Below are positions 50,393-63,778 of a stretch of DNA of 64,000 nt, piece by piece. How positions within the stretch are numbered: the stretch's first letter is position 1; the number at the start of each line of letters is the position of its first letter. Where the stretch lies: NCBI RefSeq assembly GCF_011386835.1, contig NC_088791.1, positions 183,148,001-183,212,000 of the forward strand. Reading direction: 5' to 3'. This stretch comes from Chrysemys picta bellii (lineage: Eukaryota). The translations under genes were made by a program, and so were the position numbers. The notes under the pieces were generated by a model. It did no database searches and was not told the DNA's origin. It saw only the letters and a program-made list of their open reading frames with translations.

Positions 50393-50910
50393 CAGGGGTC
50401 AGCAACCTTTCAGAAGTGGTGTGCCAAGACTTCAGGGGGTGGGATAGCTCAGTGGGTTGCACATTGGCTTGCTAAACCCAGGGTTGTGAGTTCAATCCTT
50501 GAGGGGGCCACTTGAGGATCTGGGGCAAAATCAGTACTTGGTCCAGCTAGTGAAGGCAGTGGGCTGGACTCACTGACCTTTCAAGGTCCCTTACAGTTCT
50601 AGGAGTTGGGATATCTCCATTAATTATTATATATATATTATTATTTATTCACTCTAATTTAAGGTTTCATGTGCCAGTAATACATGTTAACATTTTTAGA
50701 AGGTCTCTTTCGATGTCTATAATAAATAACTAAATTATTGTTGTATGTAAAGTAAATAAGGTTTTTTAAATGTTTAAGAAGCTTCATTTAAAATTAAATT
50801 AAAATGCAGAGCCCCCCGGACCTGTGGCCAGGACCTGGGCAGTGAGAGTGCTACTGAAAATAAGCTTGTGTGCCGCCTTTGGCACATGTGCCATAGGTTG
50901 CTTACCCCTG
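50393..50910. mobile_element. hAT (Buster/Charlie-type) MITE interrupted by a SINE
   Basis: TIRs CAGGGGTCAGCAACCT / AGGTTGCTTACCCCTG, perfect TSD GTATAGAC. Confidence 0.9.
50435..50640 (+). mobile_element. Full-length tortoise-type PolIII/SINE
   Basis: tRNA-like head (gatagctcagtgg A box, gagttcaatcc B box), CR1-like tail and AT-rich 3' end. Confidence 0.92.
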
Positions 50911-52324
50911 GTATAGACACTCAATTTTTTTTGGGGGGGGGAGAGTGCATATAATAGACTTTAAGTTTAGATTTGTTTCATACCCTTTGAAATGTTTTTC
51001 TTAGTTTCTTCTATCCTGTGTTTTTGGTTTGAATAAATATTTTTGTCCTCCTGTGTTCCTTTTATACAAACTCTGCATCTAAGAAATATTGTCTCCTTTC
51101 TTTTCTCTCCCTCCCCCCAACATCAGCATCTATTTTTTCAAAAAGTCTTCTATTTTCTGTTCCTTCCTTTCAGTTTTCTTAGTTTTTTTTTTTTTTTTTT
51201 TTTTTTTTTGGAGCCCTTCTAATTTTATTTGGGACAAAAATATTGGGAGCCCAGAATACACATTTGCAGCCCATTAAGGGTTTTTATCATCAGGAGAACT
51301 TGATTTTGAATCAGAACATAAACACAACTTACCAACCAGGCAGAGCACCATTTTTTGTCAAATCTAGGTGTGGAATGCAAACTCAGGAAAGCATGAGTAC
51401 ACAGTCTCACTTCAAAATGAGCCTGAATAAGTGGAAAATTTAGGCAAAGTGGATACAGTTGTTCCTAGTAGTAATTCCAAAGAAATAACTAAAAACATTA
51501 TATGCTTCAGTTGTTTTCTTTCCATTAGAAGAAGATAGCTATAGTACTGCTAAAGGACATGATTACAAGTACTGCCAAGCAATATTAGAAATTATATAAT
51601 TATGTAACTTGCAGCTACTGTGCATCAGGGAAAACTTAGTGATTTCCTTTTATCTATTTTTTCTAGATATCTTGCAGAACTATTTCTTCTTGTAGAATAC
51701 CACATTTCATTTTTAGATGTTCTCTACCTTCATGGATTTTTGTTTTGTTTTGAAAAGATTAAGCTTCTGTCAGATGACTTCACATTGGAGAGCTGTCTTC
51801 TGAGATTTTTAAACTCAGCGAGTGGCTATGGAATATGTCAACTGACTACTGTGTTTTTATTTTTATTACATTTTGATTAAACATTCAACTCAGAGACTTC
51901 ACTGACCGTTCACTTGGAAATAGTTATGGCCACAGACCTTCAGGTGTGATTTCTCCCCCCCCCCCCGCCCCCCGCTTTACCTGAAGGACCCTTAAACCAT
52001 TCTGGCAGTGTAAAGGGTCTTGGATGTGAGTTGCTGACAATTTAAGGCTCCTTTATGCTGCCAAAGCTTTGTCCAGGTACAGATGTTTTTGTGTAAACAA
52101 GGGACTGGGTCTGGTCTTGAACTTTTTTTGTCAAGCCAATCTCTGGTTGGGCTATCTGTGTGAAACTGAAGATATATATTTTTTTTTTCATGGATTGAGC
52201 CATTCAAACCCACATGGCAAAGCCTAAATGGTTCAATTTTTGAGTTGATTCCAACTGACTTTACTCTTGTCACTTCATTACAAATGTCCTTTATTGACAT
52301 TCCTCAAGATTCACTTCTCACTGA

Positions 52325-53296
52325 GGCCTGGTCTACACTGATGCTGGGATCAATATAACTATTTTGGTTATACATGTGATTTGTGGGTTTGAGGTGGCAT
52401 TTTTTTTAACTTGGTGTACAAGCAGTTACAGCAGTGTGTAGATAGTTGCCGTAGGGTACTCACTGAAGGTGGTGCCTTCTCTTGATTATTCTGGGGACTA
52501 GCTTCTACGGCAGACACCTCCTTTTGCAGTCTCTTCCCATCCTTTGTCCTTACACTCTGCGACCCCCTCTCTTGCTACAGGAGCTGCAGCTTCCTCTTCA
52601 GGACTCAGTCCTCTGTCCAGGTCACTATGTGGTTTCCCCTTCCAGGATTTAGAGTTTCTCTGGACCTGCATCCAGGTTTGCCATGCTGTCAGTGGGTGGT
52701 AGGGGAACCCAGGCCCACCCACTCCCCCAGATTCCAGCCCAGGAACCCTACAATGCAGCCAAGATCTGCTCAGTCCCCCACCTTGCTGCTCTCTCCCTGG
52801 ACTACTTCTTACTTGCCTACAATACGCTTTCTCCTCCATCCTGCTCTCTTCAGGGTATGCCCTACCCTCAGGGCCGGGTTCCCAGCATTCTGCTCTATCC
52901 CTAGGTTCCCTCTAATGCATAGTGGGTGGCTGCAGACTTCTTCACTGCAGCCATTTTTGTTGCCAGCTTCCTGGCTTTATACTAGCCTAGTCCCAATCTG
53001 CTTATCTGAGCTCCATCTTCCAGTCAGGGATTGCTTCTCCAGCCTAAACCCTTCTTGTGTGGCCTGTCTCACTAGCTGACCCCTTTCTCGGCTTCCTTCA
53101 CTCTTTCCGGGCTGGTATGGGGTGAACATCCTATGAAAAAAAAATATGCTTTTGTCAGGTGTGTATAATATACACTCACATGTATAAGCAATTTCACATC
53201 TACATCCACACTGGATTTGAGGCTGGGCAGGGGTTCTACTGCTAGAACAATACGGTATAGTTTACAGTATTGCAATTTTCGTGTGTAGACCAGGCT
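52325..53296. mobile_element. Harbinger-type element interrupted by a putative solo LTR
   Basis: TIRs ggcctggtctacac / gtgtagaccaggct about 970 bp apart. Confidence 0.6.
52447..53135. mobile_element. Putative solo LTR
   Basis: GC-richer block starting TG with motifs resembling turtle Gypsy LTRs. Terminal CA and TSD not resolved. Confidence 0.45.
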
Positions 53297-54871
53297 TTTG
53301 TTTTTCCTGAATGCTAGAACATATTCTGCTAAAAGAATAAAGTATTCTGAGAATTTCAGATACTCTTTGTAACTCAGATCACAGTAATGACTGATAATTT
53401 CCATTTTATGGTAATCATTTTCCACTACCATGAGAAGACTTTTCAGAAGCCATCTGCCACGATCCCTGGAGATTCCAGGAAGAATTCAGTAGAATAAAAC
53501 ATGTGAACCCCATGGCAACTGAATGTTCAGAGCCATTTGATTCCAGTAATGGCCTTGCCCTGGAAATGCCTTAATTTGAAGTATTTTCACTGCATGTCCA
53601 ACAGGATACGTGAATCAGTTACAGTACAACCATTTATTATATTTTTCACTCAAAGTACATAGTACTGGGCACTGAGCCAATACCCCTGCAAAACTTAAGC
53701 ACAGTGGAGAGAATTAATCTTTATGGCTAGGCAAAAAATTCCCAAACCAAAACAATAATAAAATATTTGACACTGACAATTTATTTCATGTGCATGAATT
53801 TCTAACACCATCCAGGTAGAGGGGCTATAGCTACTTCATACTTAAATCTGAATCTAACTTCCCAGACTAAGCCCCAATTTCAAGCATACTTGAGCCATCT
53901 TCCCAAAAAGAAATCACTCCCTCTGAAATTTCAGATGCTGGAATTTCACAGTTATGAGAAATGATAGGACAGGTGATCAGCCATTAATTATTTCATATTA
54001 GTAGAAGATATTCAATAAGTTAAAGCTTTATCACCAGTAAAACGCACGTTGTCAACATCACATGTCCAAATATACAGAATAATCAGCCTTAAATCAAACT
54101 TTTATGTCCTCAAGCAGCATTTTTTGAACTTTGCCTATCTCTAAGTTTTGATTATTATTAGTAGAAGCTTTTGTTTTGGTCAGTTTGTGTGCTTAGGGTG
54201 AAATCAATGCTTGCTAACATTTACCTATTAAAAATATAATTCTTCCACACCTAATTGTGAACCAGGATCATATCCTATATATCCCGAATCAGTTGGCCTA
54301 CACATTTTACATTTTTGGTTGGCCTTGAGAAAAAGTGTCTTAGGGATGTAATATATTTGGAAGCAGAAAAGGTTAGAGAGAATTTATTTTAAAATATATG
54401 CATGTATATATAGATTTTGCAATAAGATAGGCAAGGAAAATATTAACTACAGCAGCAATATAAATAGAAAGCACAGGAAAACTGGAAGGAGGGCCGTGAG
54501 GGGAAGAGGAAGTGGACTTGTGTAAGTTTAAGAACTATTTGGCATTTTGCTATCCTTGTGTCTTTAGTCCAGGCTGAAAAAAGCCACCGTCCTTGTTCCT
54601 TATATATTAGGAAAGTGCAGAGAAATGCTCTGTGCAGAACTGCATGGCATGATGCATTATTTTCCCCCTCCTCCCACTATTTCTATGACTCCTATTTTTC
54701 CTTGTGTCCTTAAAGCTTTGTTCTAAAGAAATAAGGTTGAAATCATGTTTCAGTGAGATCTACTAAACACACAGGAGGAAAAGCATTTAGTCATTTAAAA
54801 GTGGACTGGACAAAGTGTTTAATACTACTGTAGGGAGCAATCTTGCACTGGCAAAAGGAGGGATCAAATAA

Positions 54872-54994
54872 CAGGGCCGGCTCCAGGCACCAGCTTAACA
54901 AGGAGCGAAGGACCTGCTGCTGAACTGCCGTCGCCGATCACGGCTCTTTTTTTTTTTTTTGCTTGAGGCGGCAGAAATGCTGGAGCCGGCCCTG
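54872..54994. mobile_element. hAT MITE (CAGGGCCGGCTCCAG family), short, opposite orientation to 4522
   Basis: 15-bp TIRs, perfect TSD TCAAATAA. Confidence 0.92.
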
Positions 54995-55160
54995 TCAAAT
55001 AAACAAACCTATTTTGGTTCCAGTATTTTGGGGATGAGGAGCTTTTTAAATCACAGGACTTAATTGTTTCCTAAGCATCACCCTGCAATATAAAAAATCT
55101 ATTATGTGTGCATAAGTGTATTTGCATATTTAACAAGCTATCTGGGAATTCCCAGTAGCA

Positions 55161-56083
55161 TAGGGTTACCATATTTCAACACTGAAAAAAGAGGACACTC
55201 CACGGGGGCCCTGGCCTTGCCCCAACTCCACCCCTTCCCCACCCCCGGCCCAGGCCCAACTCCGCCCCAACCCCGTCCCTCCCCAAAGTCCCTGCCCCAA
55301 CTCTGCCTGCTCCTCTGAGCACCTTGCATTCCCCCTCCTCCCTCCCACTCTGATCTTCGTTGGGGGTTGCTAAGTGCTTCCCTGCTCCCCACTCGCCCTG
55401 CAGCCCCTGCACCCCCCTGCCCCTGCAGCCTCTGTGACCCCTGCTCCCCACTCACCCTGCAGCCTCTGTGCCCCCCGCCTGCCCTGCCCCTGCAGCCTCT
55501 ATGCCCCTGCTCCTCACTCGCCCTGCAGCCTCTATGCCCCTGCCTGCCCTGCTCCTCCTCGCCCTGCAGCCCCTGCACCCCCCCGCCTGCCCTGCCCCTG
55601 CACCCCCCTGCCTCTACAGCCTCTATGCCCCCGCCTGCCTAGCTCCCCCGCTCCCCCGGCAGCCTCTGCCTGGTGCAGGCTTCAGACACTCGGCAGCATG
55701 GGTCCCTGCAGCCCCGGCCGCAGCTTCCTTCCTGCTGCCAAGCATGTTCCCCAGCCTGTCTGTCCCCACCAGAAACAGCTCCTGCGGCGCCGGGTTCCGA
55801 GCTGCGCAGGGTAGTGGGGCCACAGGAAGGGTTCCCCAGTGGCTGGGGAGCCCCCCTGTCCTCTGCCCGAGGCCCCCCCCCCCCGTCCCCCACCCGAGCA
55901 TTGTAGCCGGGGCGGCTGGGCTGCGCTGCGGACCCGGCGGATCGTGCTGGGCTGGGCGGACCCTGGCTTATGCCTCCCTATTTCCCTGGACACGTCCGGC
56001 TCTTTGGAAATTCCCCCCGGACGGGGATTTGAGCACCAAAAAGCCAGACATGACCAGGGAAATCTGGACGTATGGTAACCCTA
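55161..56083. mobile_element. hAT MITE (TAGGGTTACCATA TIR) with internal minisatellite
   Basis: 13-bp TIRs, perfect TSD CAGTAGCA, tandem ctgcagcc/ctgcccc units at ~55380-55670. Confidence 0.9.
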
Positions 56084-56779
56084 CAGTAGCATATCAAAGG
56101 TGAGATGTCAGCCCTTAAAATCTAATTTATCTCCTTGCACTGGGAACTGGAGATTTCATGCTTACTTGTTTCAAAATGGATGAATAGAGAGGTAGCTATG
56201 ACAAAAAGGAAATGCCATCATTCATCCAGTGATATGCCTCACTTCCCTGCTCCTTCTCCCCCCGTCCAGCATTAGATAGATCATAAGTGCTGCTGCTAAA
56301 TGTAGGTGATACATATGTAAGACAAACTGGTTATTAGCTAAGTGCCTTGTACAAAAAAACATCAGAGTAAACCTTTTTCTGTAGTCTTGAGTCTGTTAAA
56401 ACCTCTATTCATGTTAGTGCGAGTTTTGCCTCAGTTAAAAACTGTGGGAGATGGTCCAAGGTGAGGAGGTAACATGTCCACTCTGAAACTTTGATAGTAC
56501 TTCTACTCACATGGCAGTATTTTTCAGTGGCTCATGGTGATCCCTGTCGAATATAAAAGTCAGTTAAACTTTAGGTTAGTTTGAAGCAAAGTCATGATAC
56601 TTGTTGAAGGCCCATTTTCTTTTATCATTGGAACTTATACTGCCTGGATTTAGACAGACTTAAAGTAAAATTAATTTTTAAAAGCTACAGTACAAGACTT
56701 AGCTATTGAAGTACCTCCTCCGTCCCCTTATGCATGTATGGAGTTTTTAATTTTTCTGCAGACTAGCTTGTATGTCGGG

Positions 56780-57790
56780 ATCTCAACAGATTGAGCTTTG
56801 TCAGTTGAGAAATGTTTTTACTCCTGTACTTCCTACTTGAATCCTCCCATCATTCCTGCTCTAGTTTTCTCTGTGCCTCTGGGCCATCATCAGCAATTAC
56901 TTTTTTATACAAACATTGTGTTGGGTTGGTAGGACAAAACTGGTGGAACTTGTATATTAAAAGGAATTTCTGTGGTGGAAGAGAGAAATTATTGGTGGGG
57001 AAGGTTGAAAGAAAGTGATATATATTAATCACACTCCATCTTCAGCTTCCTTGTACATGTTCCTTGTATCCATCATTTTGCATATTTGTCTCACATTGTG
57101 GCCACCATTTAGAACATGCTAGCTGAAGCAATAAATTTCCGAGATAGTGTGTGAGCAAAGAACCAAAGTGCTGTATGTGTCTGTATTGAACAGTATTTCC
57201 CAGCTGTTGGCTCAGTCACTTGAATGATGCAAATTCTTCATTTTCTAACTCGTAGTTTGATGCTTCTGGAATTACACCCTCTCATTAGAGGTCTGAATTT
57301 GACTTGTTTTCAGACTTCAAATTGCTCATTTTCTGATAATTGACCTTTGGGACAATCTAGTTGTAATAGTTTTTTTTTTTTAATCTGAGAAGTTTTCTAT
57401 GGATTTCCTTTCTCTCTTACTTTTTAAGACAACTTCATATTTAGAACACTGTTTTGCCATTGATTGTATGGCTGTAAACTTGGCCATTAATCTCTGAGGA
57501 GCCTTGTCAAATGCTCTTTGCAAGCCTAAATATAGTATATCCACTGATTTCCCCCCCCCCCCCTGTTATTTATTATGGCAGTAATGTTTTCAAAGAACTA
57601 CAGAAGGTTAGTTAAGCATGACCTCTCCTGTCTGAATCCATGCTGGCTATCATTAATCAAACTGTGCTTAACCACATGTTCTTCTACCTCATCCCTAAAG
57701 ATAACTTTAAAATTCATCCCCCCAGTGGATGGTAAGTTTACTGGTTTGCATTAGTTACCTAAGGCTTTTTAAAAAACATCTGTGGTGATG
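56780..57790 (-). mobile_element. Old degenerate CR1 ORF2 (RT region)
   Basis: The minus strand gives SQHGF, VDILYLG...AFDK-like and IADD (FADD) remnants in correct order. Confidence 0.7.
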
Positions 57791-58364
57791 CGGTCTGAAG
57801 AGTCCACCCTTCCCCTTCTTTTTTCCCTATGACAAAAATGATATCCTTACCTCTCTTCCAAAAGAAAAAGGAGTCTGCCTGGTGGACTCATTTCAACACT
57901 CACTATCAGTTATACGTCTCACCCAGATATGTGCTTTCTCAAACTAAAATGATTCTACTGAGTCCATCTGGTGCTACATTTAAATTAATCAAAATATGTG
58001 TAATAAAATGAAATTAATATAGAAGTATATTCTGATTCATTATAGAACTAGAAGTTTCAAGGGAGTCTGAAAGAAGGACACCTTGTCACACTGAAAATTG
58101 CCAAAGTTTAACAATGTTTACTGTGGTTTTTGATGGACCATCTATATTTACATTTTTTTCTCTCTCCTTGTATATACATAACTCATAGCACTCGTCACAT
58201 TTGAAGGTTTCTTATATAATCAGTCAGGAGAACCTTTGTGTTGTATCTGAGGGAGAAAGTATTTTGGTGCACAGCACTTCAGTGAAATACTGAAAAAAAG
58301 TTGAGGGAGGAGGGAGAGAGAAAGGGGGGACAATGCTCTCCAAGGATGGCTTAAACAACTAGTG

Positions 58365-58698
58365 CAGGGGTCGGCAACGTTTGGCACGTGGCTCGCCAGG
58401 GTAAGCACCCTAGCGGGCCGGGCCAGTTTATTTACCTGCTGACACGGCAGGTTCGGCCGATTGCGGCCCCCACTGGCCGCGGTTCGCCGTCCCGGGCCAA
58501 TGGGGGCGGCGAGAAGCCGCGGCCAGCACATCGTTCGCCCGCGCCACTTCTCGCCGCCCCCATTGGCCTGGGACGGCGAACCGCGGTCAGTGGGAGCCGC
58601 AATCGGCCGAACCTGCCGCGTCAGCAGGTAAATAAACTGGCCCGGCCCGCCAGGGTGCTTACCCTGGCGAGCCGCGTGCCAAACGTTGCCGACCCCAG
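58365..58698. mobile_element. Palindromic hAT MITE, family A copy 6
   Basis: Family A TIRs, perfect TSD AACTAGTG. Confidence 0.95.
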
Positions 58699-61600
58699 AA
58701 CTAGTGTCTGGTTAGTATATTTTGCAGTAATAATGCTTTTTCATAGCAGGAACTTGCTGAGTCTCTTGAGGCTATTTATATCATCTTGGTGCAGTGAAGT
58801 CAGTGTGTCATTTCCACCATTTTATTCTTATGGGTGTGGCTCTACATCCCTGTAGATACTTTGGTTTAACACATATGTTAATGATGTGTACAGTGAATTG
58901 TGTGGACAAGGAAGGAAGGAAGATAAAGAAGAAATAAGACCGTACATAGTTAAACTATAAAATTCTCTGCAGATGTTTTTGACCTAATATAGTATTCTCC
59001 CCATTTAGGGAGGATATTATGTAAGTATCTGTCAAGAGACATGGATGGAATGAGACAAGGCTCGTATAAATTAGAAGTGACTTTCAGAATATTATCAATG
59101 CCCAAATTATTCAAGTGGCAAATTCTTGTGTGCCCAACTTTGAAAAACCTGATTTTCAGACAGTTCTGAGCACTTGCCTTCTGAAAAATCAGTTGCCTAC
59201 AAGGTGTTTCATGTTGAGCACCAAAAGTCACATGCCACTTCTAAAAAGTTTGGTCTTACTCTTTAAGACAGATGTATAGAAAATCAGGTCATGATCACAA
59301 AAGGGATAGATTCAAATGGTAAATATTTAACAAGGGATATTCATACCAAAGAACAGGAAAAATGCTGATCTTAATGATAAATTCCTATAAAACATTAGAA
59401 TCTGTTAGGTTTTTTAATCTTTATGTTTTTAGTGTAGTGGTAGATGAACTTAAATTAAGACTGCTTCATACATACTAAAGAATATTGTTGGCAGAACAAA
59501 GCTGTTTCTGGTGCTTTTACATTTTGCTGATTTGCTGTTAATTGCTCTTGCCTCTCTGAATCTGCCAACCCACTCTGCTGCAGGACTTCATTTCCTCCCC
59601 AGTGCCACTTCACCATTACATCCTGCTTTCCCCATTCCATTTCCCCCTTTAGTAAACTGTATTATAACTGGATTATATTGTGCATCATCAACAGCATTGT
59701 TTAGGGCTCTATAATGAGCCCGCTTCTCACCCTTGCAGAGGGGAGGGGGGCTTCAAGGAGACCCTTTACTTTCCCGCACAGGCTATCCTATTACCAGTGG
59801 CTGCGTGGGGAGAAGCAGCTGTCTTTGGATTGTGATTCTTCCACACAGGGAGCAGGTGTGTGAGAGGGAGTGGCAAGAGGGGAGTAGGCAGAGCACATTG
59901 GAGTTGGTATGAAAAATGAAGAAATCTATGCCCTTCCTCAAAAAAAAAAAAAAAAAAATCATGTGGGTGAGTGTTTGAAGATGACTTCCCGTTGAAGCAA
60001 GAATGAAGCAGGGACCAGTTTGTGAATGAATGAGTCACAATCTGATTCCTGCCCCTACTACAGTGCACCCATAGTCAGGCTAGATTGTAGTGTTACAATC
60101 CAGATCTTGGTGAGTTTAAAGTAGTTATACCAGTGGAACTCATTTAGAAGCAAGTTGACCAACAGAGCTTTTATTAATAGTGGCTATGTGAGAAAAGGAA
60201 AGAACCTTGCTTGACTCTTAGGTTGAGTTTCAGGAATAGCAGTTTATAAAACTACCCCTCACATTGATTTTATAAATTGAGAACACTTTGTTTTGAAAGT
60301 TTGAGACACAAATAGTGAACATCACAAGGTCATTTTTAGATTCTGTTTTTAGAGTATACAACTATAATCTAAGAAGAATTAATAAAAATCGTAAGTATGG
60401 ATCTGTTTTCAACTCTAAATATTTTTGCTGTAGATTTTGACTATAGCTTTTCAAAATCAATGATACTTGCTACTCCCTAAGAGTTAGTTATTAATTTATT
60501 CTATGCACACACCCAGTGCATGTGTGTGTATGTAAAATCATAGGACAATATTTAGCAACTAGCAAATAATCTTTTTAGCTCTTTGGCTTCTACCTATACT
60601 ATATTTAAGATGAATATGATTTTTTCTTTATTAAATAAAAATGGATATTAAACTTTGATCATTAGCACTCTTAAAATGTAATTTTCTTTAAATGTCCGTT
60701 TGTTTTCACAACAAATTACAGAAATACAATATATAATACTGTATGTGCAAAAATGAATGCATCTCTTATACAAAGAGAGAAAAAGCTGCCTGTCTTTTTG
60801 ATAACAGTTCTTCCTCTAATACTTAAAGTTAATATTGTTTTTTACTTTCATGGTTTTGGTATGGCCATTTAGGATCAAATAATTTCATTAATTATTCATC
60901 ATCTCATACCCAGTGTGTATAAAAGGGAGAAGGACATATATAACCAAAAGAAGAACTTGGCCATTATGTTTGACTTTTATATGCAGCACCTATTGGTCTC
61001 TGTGTACAGAAAACTAGAATTGTTATTTAGCTCAGACTTTTGAAATGCTAGTGTACTTCCACCATGAAGAAGGTAGAAAAACTGGCCTTCCCCTGCCCTC
61101 CCATTTCTATTGTCATTCTTACAGGCATAAAACTACCTTGTGTGGTTTACTGTGGGTGTATTGTTATAATACAGCATTTCAACAGATGATACATTACGAA
61201 GTATTTTCTTCAGAGAAAGTACCTTAGTCAGATGTTTGCAGTTCCTATTTCAAAGTTGGTAAAATGAGCCAAAAAGGGAGATCTGTATCTAGAGTATTTT
61301 AATGTCTGCACTTAGAAAAAAAATCTTTTGTCAATTTCTGCATTTGAGTTCTGCCAAATGGTGATGTGTATCACAATATCAGGCGATAACAGTATTTCAT
61401 TAAAACTTTATTGGGGATGAGGAACATTATTTTAATGTTTTCTCTATTGTATTTATGGAGCTGTTTACCAATCAGATTTATATGTTTCTCCAGATCTTCA
61501 CAGATTAGTGAGGATTATACTGATCCATTGTACACACATTTTATGTGCAACACAAAATTATTCTTGTGCTAAGATAATTAAGAAAATTTTGTCTTAGTAA

Positions 61601-63264
61601 AAAGACAACTTTTCCTGTCATTCCTTTTTCAATTTCAGATTTGTGTAATGCTACAGTATATAGGGGTGGGCAGATGTCTGCTGGTTTCTTTGTATTTACC
61701 AAGATCTAATAAAATAATATCCTTTAAAATAATCATTGTAAATCTAGCTGCTGATCCAGTAGGATATTTATTCCTTAATAAAGGATCAATTAATATACTT
61801 CCATTCACTCATAGGTCACAAGGGTTATAGAGGATGGCAAAGAAAATCAGTTCATTCTTAATATGAATGAGTAGAGACAAAAACGACAGAGCAGTGCAAA
61901 AGGCCACAAACTGATTACAGCTGATGTAATTTTGACATAGCGTCAATGAATTTCATAGAGCTATGACAGTTTACACCAGCTGACGACAGGGGTACACAAC
62001 CTAATAATTATAAAGCAATATTTTTAAAAAAGGAATTAATGAATCTTGGGTACATCAATTACTGAGTGTCCAACTCCAGGCCCCTTAAAGAGGTCTGATT
62101 TTTCAGAAGGTGGGTGCTTAGAAGTTTTTGAAATCTGGTCCTTTTAAGGTGCATCAAGTTTGGCAACTGGTAACTGAGGCACCCAAAATTCATTAGTCAC
62201 ATTTTAAAACACATTGGTGATTGTGTTTAGAATCAAACACTAGAAAGTTGACATAGCATGAAACTTTAAGAGCTGAAAATCAACAAGCAAGCAATACACT
62301 GCCATTTCTCCTTTCCTCTCTGAAACCCGTAATTCAGGTTAAATAGTATGAAATAAGGTTGATTTATTCACTATAAATTAATGAAAGGAACAAACAAGGA
62401 ATTCTAGGTTAACCTTCAATTTTAGAGCAGATACTCATGTAGGAGAAATTCATATAAAGTTTCCTCAAGCCTATGAAATACTACTAGTATCATTTGACTA
62501 GCTTTTAAGAAATACAGCCTGTTCTAATAACAGACCCCCATTAAAGAAAACATCTGCACCAACATGGTTCTTTAATTAGAAAATGGGATTCTCTGATAAC
62601 TTGGAAACACAGAATTATACAGCTGCAGAAATTTTGTATTGAAGCAGAGGCTATTGGTCCTGATGAAGCAACCTGGATAATTTCATCTTAATTTAAAACA
62701 CAGTCCAGGGATATGAATATAGACTCCTCAGCCTTTAGCAGAAGGAAACAAAAATTGGATGTGATCCATATTTTGGTTGAAGGGAACTGAAATTCCGCAT
62801 TGTGAGCCTGAACAAAACACTTATTGTATGGGAGGAAATAGTGGATAGACAAACACCAAAAAATTAGGCTTTTTACAAGATGAGAGAATCATTAATGAGG
62901 GACAATAAGAATATCCAATTAGGAAGAAAGATAGAAAAAAATCTGGAGAACTCTCCTAAGTACTTAAACTAGTGGTAAGGAAGCTTCTTCGATGACTGCT
63001 ATTTAATAATAAAAATATATCTATTTGAGTGAAGATATGCAGGAAGTTTTAATGAACTGTTTCTATCCTGTTGCAAAAGGTTTTTTTTGGTTTGTTTTGT
63101 TATTCCCCTCCTGTCTAGTTGGAAATTCATCTGTGAAAGAGAACTTAACAAAATGTCTGTTGCAACCAGTTAGTTAATTCAGTAGCAGACTATAGAGAGC
63201 TAAAGTTTACATCCTGAGGGAAGCACAGCACTAGTGACTGATACAAAATGGAGGCTCACTTTAG

Positions 63265-63778
63265 TAGGGTTACCATATTTTGAGTGTCCAAAAAGAGGAC
63301 ACTCCACGGGGCCCCGGCCCCGACCCGCCCATGCCCCCACCCCAACTCCACCCCCTCCCCAAAGTCCCCGCCCCAACTGCGCCCCCTCCCCTGCTTCCCG
63401 CGAACATTTTGATTCGCGGGAAGCCTGAAGCAGGCAACAGGTAAGCTGGGAGGGCTGGGGGGAGGAGGCGCGGCCCAGTATGGCCCCCCCAACCGAGCGG
63501 CTCCCTCCGGCGGCCGGCCCTGGCCCCAGCGTCTCCAGCCTGGCTCGGCTCCTGGGGTGCCGGCCCCCGGCCCAGCACCCCCGGCCCCGCACCGCCAGGC
63601 CCGGCCCCGCACTCCTCGGCCAGCCCCCGGCCGAGCACCGCCGGCCCAGCACCCAGCGGTGCCGGCCCCTCCCTATTTTCCCGGACATGTTCGGCTTTTT
63701 GGGATTTCCCCCCGGATGGGGATTTGAGGCCCCAAAAGCCGGACATGTCCGGGAAAATCCGGACGTATGGTAACCCTA
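63265..63778. mobile_element. hAT MITE (TAGGGTTACCATA TIR), CpG-rich copy
   Basis: Same TIRs and subterminal sequence as 55161, flanking direct repeat ACTTTAG (7 bp). Confidence 0.88.

Noticed and set aside
50435-50510. tRNA gene
   Set aside because: It is the tRNA-derived head of a SINE that continues into a CR1-like tail. The same applies at 11424-11497 and 30950-31100.
55106-56103. Cluster of long overlapping ORFs and a CRISPR-like repeat array
   Set aside because: A minisatellite inside a TIR/TSD-bounded MITE. The units are adjacent and degenerate with no unique spacers, and the context is eukaryotic.
57840-57955. Minus-strand exon with donor AG|GTAAGG
   Set aside because: Stop codons occur in all three frames between the acceptor and donor.
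63200-63773. CpG island promoter or GC-rich coding region
   Set aside because: The CpG-rich segment is confined exactly to a MITE bounded by TAGGGTTACCATA TIRs.
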